Source: Patescibacteria group bacterium (GTDB lineage: Bacteria > Patescibacteriota > Dojkabacteria > JAKAPS01). From it: a stretch of 64,000 nt of DNA. The notes under the pieces were generated by a model. The model did not search any database and was not told the DNA's origin. It saw nothing but the letters and a program-made list of their open reading frames with translations. Position numbers and translations under genes: made by a program. Location of the stretch: the NCBI GenBank assembly GCA_025450075.1, contig JANWIC010000016.1:2005-66004 (forward strand). Reading direction: 5' to 3'. This document shows, piece by piece, positions 43,013-50,251 of this stretch (position 1 is the stretch's first letter; each line of letters begins with the position of its first letter).

Positions 43013-45775
43013 TTGGGTCATATTCAACCGCAAATAGCACAGATGGAAACACAAGCAATTCCAGAAGGAATGCTTTACGGTACCTCTACACTTCTCGAAG
43101 CATTTCTACAAAATAATGGTGTTGGAACACTTCCAGTTTTTATTTTAGCAGCAGTACAAGCTGGCATAGTTAATTCTGAAGAAGAAGGTATACGCCGTGC
43201 AGTTGAAATTCTATCTCGATTTCAACCCAATGTTGATGTTTTAACTAAATACGGCTCACACTATAGTGATAACTGGCATCCACAAGGTGTTCGAGAATTA
43301 ATTAATACGATACATAGAAGAGAAGGTGAAAAAGTCCTCTATCCTCAAATTATTGCTTCAAGGGTTGGAGCAATTTCCCATGAATGTATTGCCAATTTGC
43401 TCACAGGTAATCTTGCACAATATCCCTCTCCTATTCAAACATCCCACATGCAATCAGAACTTCCAGGATTTGAATCTTTAAAATGTAATAGCATATTTGA
43501 TAGTAATCCAAATATATATGAGGATGCAATAACTAGAAATAATTCTGTATCCGATAAACATTTAGAACTTATTAATGATCATCGCCTTGCAATTCTTGCT
43601 GCGCTTTCTATATCTCCTCCTGATTATTGGAGAGCGAATGAAGCAGCTCGAGAATTAGCTTATCTTCTTATGCCAATATTCCATATTGTAAATAGAAAGC
43701 AGAAAAATCCTATTCAAGAAATACTTCGTCTTACCCATTCATTGGGAGGTATGCTCCCCAGTGTCATGATGAATCTTGCGAATGCCGCTGTTGCATATTA
43801 TGGCACTGATGCATTTAGAATCCCTCGAGCAATATTTGCCGAAGTACCTGTTTTATCGCAGCCAGGTGTTCGTGCGGGTAGAGCAGATCTAGTTGAGGTT
43901 GTTGCAATCAATGGACGTAAGCCTTCTTCTTCCGAAATAGAGCTAATTCGAGCATTTGCAAAAACAGCACGCGGATCGCTAGGATCTATTCATCAAAAAC
44001 TTAAAGAATTGCTCGGTGCGGATATCACATGGGAAATTTCTGACAATAAGTTTGCAATTGGTGATAACAATCCTCGATTCCGTCATCTTGCAATTCCTCG
44101 GGATGCAATAGCAAATGGGCCATTTGGTAAACACGAAATTCAAGTTAAAGCATATCATACTTTAGCAACTGTTGATGTTGCGATGGTATTAAACGATATG
44201 GAAAATCCATTCGGTAATGGTGCAATTAGTTGTGTACATCTACTTTATCGAATTGGAGATACCCTAGATGAAGCTGAAAAGATTACTTTTCAAATGAGTT
44301 CAGAAGAAATGCGAGAGTTTTTCAGAATTCATTATGGTAATCGACATAGTCGTGCAGAGCTTGAAGCTGTTTTTCGCATGTGGGGAGGTGTATTGCTTGC
44401 TGAAGCAAGAAGATATCTTGGTGTAAGTAATATTGTTAGACGTCCTAAGGAGAGCCCTGAATCAACAGGTCAAATGCCACTCATTAATGATGAAACTACT
44501 GGGAAATTTACAAGATTAATTGAAGAATCTCGTGAATTTTATCATCCTGAGAAATTAGAAAGACTTTTTCGTATTGAAGGGAGAAGAAGAAGCGGTGAAC
44601 CTAAATTGGTAATGGATTATAATTTGCTACTCCAATTAATTGTAGCTGGGAAAATTCAAGTGAGTGAAGATTTCGGTCCTTTAATAGGCGGCTTTATCCA
44701 TTGTCCACTTCATGAATTTGTACTTGCCGATCAAGGTTTACCACCTAAACTTGATGAATCTCCTTCATTTCATATTTTTGGCAATGGAAGATGGCATTGT
44801 TTTAGTTGTAATGCAGGAGGATCTATAGATCCTACTTCATTTCCTCCAGGTTGGAAAGGTGGAACAATTAAAGTTCGTACAAGAAAATCAAAAAGACAAC
44901 ATGCAATTACAAATGAAATGTTGGATGAAAGTCAAGTCGCTGTTTTGAATGATCTTTTTTTGATTCTCCAAGAGATATATAAATCCTCTACAAATGCACA
45001 AAACTATTTACAAGAAATCAGAGGATTAACTCCTGAGATATTAGCAAAATATGGAGTTGGATATTGGCCACCTGGTGCTCAGGGAAAAATATTAGAAAAG
45101 CTGATTGAGCAGGGATATACAATGGAGGATATTGATCGTGCAGGAATTAGGGTGCTTGTAAAACCAAAAAGATATAGAGATGAGGAGGGAAATGTATTTA
45201 CTTCTACCCCATACTATTGGTTTCCACTTAATGGTACAGTAGTTTTTAAGATCGGAGATGGTAAGGATGGTGATATGAATTTGTATGGAAGGAATGCATA
45301 TAAGACGCCAAAATCTTTATGGAGAAAAAATCCAAGAACTGGAAAGCCACAAAGGCCACGCGAACATTGGAAACTACAAACAAAAGTTCCTCATGGAGTA
45401 TTTAATCAACAAGTACTTAATGGCGAAATAAAATCAAAAAAAGTTGTCGTATTTGAAGCCGTAATTGATGCGTTGTCATATATGATTTTAACTGGAGAAG
45501 AAGATGTAGTAGCTATCATTGGTACACTAAATCATTATGCAGTAAGAAAGCTAAAAGATCTTGCATTACAAGGTGTACAAATTTGCCTTGCACTGGATAA
45601 CGACAGTACCGGGCAACTGACGATAAAACGGATTATTGCTGAATTAGAATCTTATGGGTGTGGAGAAATGGTATTTAATTATACTGAAATTTTAAAACAG
45701 CTTTTTCAAGAGCTTTCTTCTTTGAAAGATTTAAATGAGGTCCTTCTATTCCGAATTCAAGATCGACGGTCTTGA
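43013..45775 (+). CDS. Large (920 aa) protein. The C-terminal about 370 aa form a DnaG-type primase core (CHC2-like zinc finger plus TOPRIM); the N-terminal about 550 aa are an uncharacterised domain.
   Basis: Zinc-finger segment CPLHEFVLADQGLPPKLDESPSFHIFGNGRWHCFSCNAGGS (compare DnaG CPFH.E.TPSF.V.....YHCFGCG..GN); TOPRIM Glu (VVVFEAVIDALSYM) and DxD (CLALDNDSTGQ). It appears GC-richer than the flanking genes. Confidence 0.6.
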   Translation: MGHIQPQIAQMETQAIPEGMLYGTSTLLEAFLQNNGVGTLPVFILAAVQAGIVNSEEEGIRRAVEILSRFQPNVDVLTKYGSHYSDNWHPQGVRELINTIHRREGEKVLYPQIIASRVGAISHECIANLLTGNLAQYPSPIQTSHMQSELPGFESLKCNSIFDSNPNIYEDAITRNNSVSDKHLELINDHRLAILAALSISPPDYWRANEAARELAYLLMPIFHIVNRKQKNPIQEILRLTHSLGGMLPSVMMNLANAAVAYYGTDAFRIPRAIFAEVPVLSQPGVRAGRADLVEVVAINGRKPSSSEIELIRAFAKTARGSLGSIHQKLKELLGADITWEISDNKFAIGDNNPRFRHLAIPRDAIANGPFGKHEIQVKAYHTLATVDVAMVLNDMENPFGNGAISCVHLLYRIGDTLDEAEKITFQMSSEEMREFFRIHYGNRHSRAELEAVFRMWGGVLLAEARRYLGVSNIVRRPKESPESTGQMPLINDETTGKFTRLIEESREFYHPEKLERLFRIEGRRRSGEPKLVMDYNLLLQLIVAGKIQVSEDFGPLIGGFIHCPLHEFVLADQGLPPKLDESPSFHIFGNGRWHCFSCNAGGSIDPTSFPPGWKGGTIKVRTRKSKRQHAITNEMLDESQVAVLNDLFLILQEIYKSSTNAQNYLQEIRGLTPEILAKYGVGYWPPGAQGKILEKLIEQGYTMEDIDRAGIRVLVKPKRYRDEEGNVFTSTPYYWFPLNGTVVFKIGDGKDGDMNLYGRNAYKTPKSLWRKNPRTGKPQRPREHWKLQTKVPHGVFNQQVLNGEIKSKKVVVFEAVIDALSYMILTGEEDVVAIIGTLNHYAVRKLKDLALQGVQICLALDNDSTGQLTIKRIIAELESYGCGEMVFNYTEILKQLFQELSSLKDLNEVLLFRIQDRRS

Positions 45776-47181
45776 ATGGCAATAGATTGGGAAAATGGAT
45801 GAATCAATGGTCCGTTCATTGTGGGTATGTAAGGATTTTGCCAAAAGCTAATTATCCTTTTCCTGCGAAGAAATTCAACAACAAATAGCATCATTTCTAG
45901 CATTGCAACTTTTTCTCCTACACAGCTTCTTGACCCCCCTCCAAATGCAGAGAACGGTGGTTCATATCTTTTTCCGTGAGGATGTGTAGTTAGTCTTTGC
46001 TGATACCTTTCAAAATGAAATGAATCTGGATCAGGATAATATTCCTGCATTCGCTGTGTTCTACCAGGCATTAAAAATACAAGTGTCTTTTCGGCTACCC
46101 GATATAACTGAATTGATCCATCTTTGGTATCTACTGGAATAATCATTTCATGTATTGTTTTTCTAGGAAGAGGTGAAACTTGGGGATGGAGACGTAGCGT
46201 TTCATGAATGCATGCTGCAAGTGTTGGCAAATTTGCCAGTGAGTCAGGAGTACATGGTTCACCTGGATGATATTTATCTTCTATTTCTCTTTCTAAATGG
46301 TGATATGCATCAGGATGCCTTTCAAGTTCCTTAAATAAAAATGTTAAAGTATTTGTTGTCGTATCATGGGCAGCATAAATTACCATTAGCAAATTATTTA
46401 TGATTTCTTCATCTGTTAATTTCCGATTCTGTTCAAAGGGATACTGAACTTGCATTAATTGGCCAAGTATATCATCCTGAGGTGGCATTTCTCTTCTTTT
46501 ATCAATAATTCCTTTAAGGATCTCTACGAGCTTTTCACGAGATTGCATTGCATAGCGGTATGGTAAAAGCGGATTATTTGGTTGTCTAAAAATATCGAAT
46601 GCTGCAAGAGAAAAGGAATGCCAAAGTTTTTTCAACTTTGCAACAAGTAACTTATCTTCTCCTTCTGTTGAAAGTGCAAGATAAATTGCATATTTGAACG
46701 TAATATCTTGCGCAAGTTTCAAAATATTTACTCTTCCGGAAAGTGAAGTGAAAGCTTCAGCCATACATTGAAGAAGAAAATTACAATCTTCCTGTTGAAA
46801 TTTTCTGGGAGTGAGTCTTTCCAATACTGCATGTCGCAATTGGTCATGTATTTCTCCATCAGAAGTCAGTACACCTTGTGGAAACATTTCTCTTGCAATA
46901 ATATGGTATCCCCCACCTTCTCCAAAGATAAAATCGGATGAGTGAGTCAGAACGTACTTTTCTGCTTCTGCACCTAATAGAACTAGCGCAGGTTCTCCAT
47001 CGATCCAGTTGACCCAAAATGCATTACTTCCAGATTTTTCTTGTAATGAGGCTGGAAAACTATTTGGCCTTGCAATTAATTGATAAAATTGCAAAAAAGA
47101 GAATAAATCATGGCAAAAATTTGGAGCATCTCTCGCATCTAATGGACCTGTTTGAGTGAGCTGTTCGTTATCTTCATACAT
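45757..47181 (-). CDS. Cytochrome P450 monooxygenase
   Basis: Heme-thiolate loop FGGGSRSCVGEKVA, I-helix AAHDTT, ExxR (ETLRLHP) and PERF-like FHFERY; 474 aa. The 3' end overlaps the primase-like gene by 19 nt (convergent). Confidence 0.88.
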   Translation of the reverse strand: MYEDNEQLTQTGPLDARDAPNFCHDLFSFLQFYQLIARPNSFPASLQEKSGSNAFWVNWIDGEPALVLLGAEAEKYVLTHSSDFIFGEGGGYHIIAREMFPQGVLTSDGEIHDQLRHAVLERLTPRKFQQEDCNFLLQCMAEAFTSLSGRVNILKLAQDITFKYAIYLALSTEGEDKLLVAKLKKLWHSFSLAAFDIFRQPNNPLLPYRYAMQSREKLVEILKGIIDKRREMPPQDDILGQLMQVQYPFEQNRKLTDEEIINNLLMVIYAAHDTTTNTLTFLFKELERHPDAYHHLEREIEDKYHPGEPCTPDSLANLPTLAACIHETLRLHPQVSPLPRKTIHEMIIPVDTKDGSIQLYRVAEKTLVFLMPGRTQRMQEYYPDPDSFHFERYQQRLTTHPHGKRYEPPFSAFGGGSRSCVGEKVAMLEMMLFVVEFLRRKRIISFWQNPYIPTMNGPLIHPFSQSIAIQDRRS

Positions 47182-47183
47182 TG

Positions 47184-48734
47184 TTATTCAAAAGTCCAGA
47201 TCTTATGGTTAATATTGAAAGCAATCGCATTTACAATGGCAAAAGTAAACCAGACTTGCATAACATACAGGGTAGAAAAGGCGCTGTACTGGAGAAGTAA
47301 TCCAGCAAAAGCAGCAATAAACCCAATAAATACAGTTTTTGTATACACATCTGTTTTCTTCTTGAGTGCATTGAAAACGTTGAATATTATTACAAGTATG
47401 AATACCGCGAATGCTGAAAACCCAATAATTCCATTTTCTGTAAGTATTTCCAGATACTCGTTATTTACAATTCTCCAACCGATATCTTGTCCATACACAG
47501 ATGGGATCTGATATGGATTTGGCGCTTCATAAGGCCCGAAACTACCAGTACCTATTCCAAGTATTGGATGGGAACTAAAATAGTGAAGAGCTGCATTGCT
47601 AGTTATCGTCCTGTCTGAATCTTCTAAGGCAGTAGCGCGTTGCGTTAAGGTCTCAAGGGTTATTGGAGAATGGGTATAATGCAGAACAAAAATAAAGCCG
47701 GTAATAATAACTGTTAAAAGAATAGCACTCGTGATTATAACTTTTACATTAAGAATCCTTTTAATATTAAACAGAATAACTAATCCAACGGAAAAAGCTG
47801 CAGAATACCATGCTCCCCGGGAAAATGTCATTAATAAGTTAATGAGGCATAAGATAAATACAAGCGTACTTATAAAGATTAGCCTGAATGGAATACTCCT
47901 CTGAAAGAGTTGTCTTTGCTTTCTTCCCAACGATACAACCAGAACTGAAAGAGAAAGAGATACGGGAATAATGAGAAAATTTCCCCAGAATTGTGGTTCC
48001 GATTCTGTTGCCTGTACCCGTGGAAATCCAAATACTACTTTTGTATAGCCTTCACGAAGTCCTGATATTGCAGTAGGCAAGTTTAATGTCCCCGCGATAA
48101 ATTGAAAGACACCATATAGACAGACAATGAGTGATACACCAAGGAGAGCCCAAACTGTTTTTCGCAAAATATCTTTTGAGACAAAGAGATTGGAAATAAG
48201 AATGTAAGTAAAAAAGATAAAAAGATCAAATGAAAGCACAAAAAGACTTCTTGACTTGTTTATCGCATCAACAATAGAGGCAATTGTAATAATACTAAAA
48301 AGAATAAGAATATAAAATGAAGCGTCTTTTTTTATTCGTATTCCTAAAATATGATTTTTCTTATCGGTAAATATCACATAAAATGTGTATGCAATGAAGG
48401 TGAGTACAGTAAATACCTGAGTAAGCCGTAAGTTAAATGACGCATATGTTAGTGCTCCAATTCGTTCAAAAGGTAAAAAAAAGGCAATGATAGGAATTCC
48501 CATTTCTGGTCTTTCAAGTACTTTGCTTACTAAATAGATAATAAAGATTGCTCCAAGAATTATCGGAAATAATAAAAGGAAATAAAGCGCATTGCTTTTT
48601 GGAGAAAAATAATTGATTAAGAGAATACAAACAATTAATAGTAATGATACTTCAAGAAAATATTTTCTTTTCGTTGTTAATATAGTCGAGTTCCCCAGGT
48701 CTTGAAGAATTTTTCTGATATTATTTGCTGCCAT
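47184..48734 (-). CDS. O-antigen-ligase / Wzy-like polytopic membrane protein
   Basis: More than 10 TM segments; ...MTFSRGAWYSAAFSVGL... resembles the O-antigen ligase (Wzy_C) periplasmic-loop motif. It stops 3 nt before the P450 start, so the two are probably co-transcribed. Confidence 0.55.
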   Translation of the reverse strand: MAANNIRKILQDLGNSTILTTKRKYFLEVSLLLIVCILLINYFSPKSNALYFLLLFPIILGAIFIIYLVSKVLERPEMGIPIIAFFLPFERIGALTYASFNLRLTQVFTVLTFIAYTFYVIFTDKKNHILGIRIKKDASFYILILFSIITIASIVDAINKSRSLFVLSFDLFIFFTYILISNLFVSKDILRKTVWALLGVSLIVCLYGVFQFIAGTLNLPTAISGLREGYTKVVFGFPRVQATESEPQFWGNFLIIPVSLSLSVLVVSLGRKQRQLFQRSIPFRLIFISTLVFILCLINLLMTFSRGAWYSAAFSVGLVILFNIKRILNVKVIITSAILLTVIITGFIFVLHYTHSPITLETLTQRATALEDSDRTITSNAALHYFSSHPILGIGTGSFGPYEAPNPYQIPSVYGQDIGWRIVNNEYLEILTENGIIGFSAFAVFILVIIFNVFNALKKKTDVYTKTVFIGFIAAFAGLLLQYSAFSTLYVMQVWFTFAIVNAIAFNINHKIWTFE

Positions 48735-48777
48735 ATCTGCAAAATGATATTTCTTAGCTGTTATTGTAGCACATTTA

Positions 48778-48850
48778 TGGGTAATGCAGGACTTGAACCT
48801 GCGGCCCTACGAATGTGAATCGTATGCTCTACCAGCTGAGCTAATTACCC
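48778..48850 (-). tRNA. tRNA-Val (anticodon CAC)
   Basis: Reverse complement folds as GGGTAAT / D-arm GCTC-AGCTGGTA-GAGC / anticodon stem TACGA-(TTCACAT)-TCGTA / T-arm GCAGG-TTCAAGT-CCTGC / ATTACCC, discriminator A. Confidence 0.8.
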
Positions 48851-48911
48851 GTGTGCTTATTATACTAAAATTCTTTATAAGCCTAAAGAAATTTGAAATT
48901 ATTCGGTAGGG

Positions 48912-49688
48912 TTGGGTATAATACAACCGATGCAAAACATAAATTATTTCACAGCCTTCCTGTTTGGATTGCTTGCCTTTCTTTCTCCTTGCACATTCCC
49001 ATTAGTGCCTTCCTTTTTGGCATTTCTTGTCGGAGTCAGTGTTCAAAACCTTGAAGATAGTGTCTATACGAAAACACACAGGAACAAGATTATGCTGCAT
49101 GTCTTCTTATATATCCTAGGAGCAAGTTTGGTTCTTGTGGTACTTGGATCAGCAGCGGGATCTGTCGGATATACATTACGGGTTAATCGCTATCTCCTTC
49201 AGCAAATTGGAGGGGTAATCGTAATAGTATTCGGACTCTCCCTAATTGTCTCTTCACGAATTTTACTATTTGCCCGGACTTATCAGATGAATAAGATTAT
49301 TGAAAAAGTTAAAGTTTTCAGATCTTCACATCCCTCAAGCCAGCCATTTATCTCTTTTCTACTAGGAGTGGTTTTTACCCTTGGATGGATTCCCTGTCTT
49401 TCACCAATCCTAGGAGGAATACTCGTACTTGCCTCTTCTTCATCAAGTACATTGTATGGAGCAACTCTGTTATTCATATATGCACTTGGACAAAATCTTC
49501 CCCTTCTTTTTATCGCTTTTTTGTTAAGCAGCTATCTGGGATACTTGAAAAAAATACGTCAACATATATCCTTTATTTCTAATTTTGCTGGAATTATCCT
49601 CATTCTTACCGGGATAATACTACTCTTCGGAGGATTTTCAAATCTTACAAAAATTTTCTATTCCCTCGGAAATTCCCTCAATATTTGA
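48912..49688 (+). CDS. ccdA: CcdA / DsbD-family thiol:disulfide electron-transfer membrane protein
   Basis: Two conserved TM cysteines, FLSPCTFPLVPSFLAF and GWIPCLSPILGG; 6 TM segments; 258 aa. Confidence 0.75.
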   Translation: MGIIQPMQNINYFTAFLFGLLAFLSPCTFPLVPSFLAFLVGVSVQNLEDSVYTKTHRNKIMLHVFLYILGASLVLVVLGSAAGSVGYTLRVNRYLLQQIGGVIVIVFGLSLIVSSRILLFARTYQMNKIIEKVKVFRSSHPSSQPFISFLLGVVFTLGWIPCLSPILGGILVLASSSSSTLYGATLLFIYALGQNLPLLFIAFLLSSYLGYLKKIRQHISFISNFAGIILILTGIILLFGGFSNLTKIFYSLGNSLNI

Positions 49689-49711
49689 CTCATATGGATT
49701 TTTAGGTGCAT

Positions 49712-49740
49712 TTGACATTCCTTAATTAGGGGTATATATT
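49712..49740 (+). promoter_or_regulatory. Canonical sigma70-type promoter upstream of nrdR (TTGACA-17 nt-TATATT)
   Basis: Read directly: ttgaca at 49712-49717 and tatatt at 49735-49740, with a 17-nt spacer. Confidence 0.4.
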
Positions 49741-50232
49741 GTGGTTATAAATTTAACTACCACAACATGTTGTATGAGATGCCCACATTGTAAACACCAT
49801 GAATCCAAAGTCGTAGATAAGCGAGATATTTTTGATTCGGGTATTATTCGCCGAAGAAGAGAATGTCTGTCTTGTTCAAAACGTTTCACAACTTATGAAA
49901 AAATTGATACGACGGATATTATGGTTATCAAAAAAGATGGAAGAAGAGAATCATTTGATGCTGAGAAATTAAAACGAGGATTAATGCGTGCTTGTGAAAA
50001 ACGTCCTATCAATATGAAACAAATTGATAAGATGACGGATGAAATTGAGGAATATATCCGAAAACTTAATGTTTCAGAAGTTACTTCAGATACCATCGGT
50101 GACCAGGTCGTACAGGCATTACAAAAAATAGATAAGGTAGCTTGTGTAAGATTCGCATCTGTGTATAAATCATTTCAAAATATAACTGAATTTGAAGAAG
50201 AAGTGCAGGCCCTGCTTCAAACTAATCCATAA
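49741..50232 (+). CDS. nrdR: Transcriptional repressor NrdR (zinc ribbon plus ATP-cone). The start is either GTG 49741 or, more likely given the promoter position, ATG 49774 (MRCPHC...).
   Basis: MRCPHCKHHESKVVDKRD...CLSCSKRFTTYE (zinc ribbon) followed by an ATP-cone; it is immediately upstream of nrdAB. Confidence 0.85.
   Translation: MVINLTTTTCCMRCPHCKHHESKVVDKRDIFDSGIIRRRRECLSCSKRFTTYEKIDTTDIMVIKKDGRRESFDAEKLKRGLMRACEKRPINMKQIDKMTDEIEEYIRKLNVSEVTSDTIGDQVVQALQKIDKVACVRFASVYKSFQNITEFEEEVQALLQTNP
49762..49773 (+). promoter_or_regulatory. Perfect 12-bp palindrome ACAACATGTTGT, an NrdR-box-like operator candidate, abutting the ATG of nrdR
   Basis: Palindrome read directly; it is similar to the NrdR box consensus (acaCwAtATaTwGtgt). 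Confidence 0.3.
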
Positions 50233-50251
50233 TTATTTTATCTGTACTGCC

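Noticed and set aside
49729-49744. A second NrdR box about 31 bp upstream of the ACAACATGTTGT palindrome (GGTATATATTGTGG)
   Set aside because: The right half matches the consensus but the left half is not its reverse complement. It overlaps the -10 hexamer. It is not a convincing palindrome.
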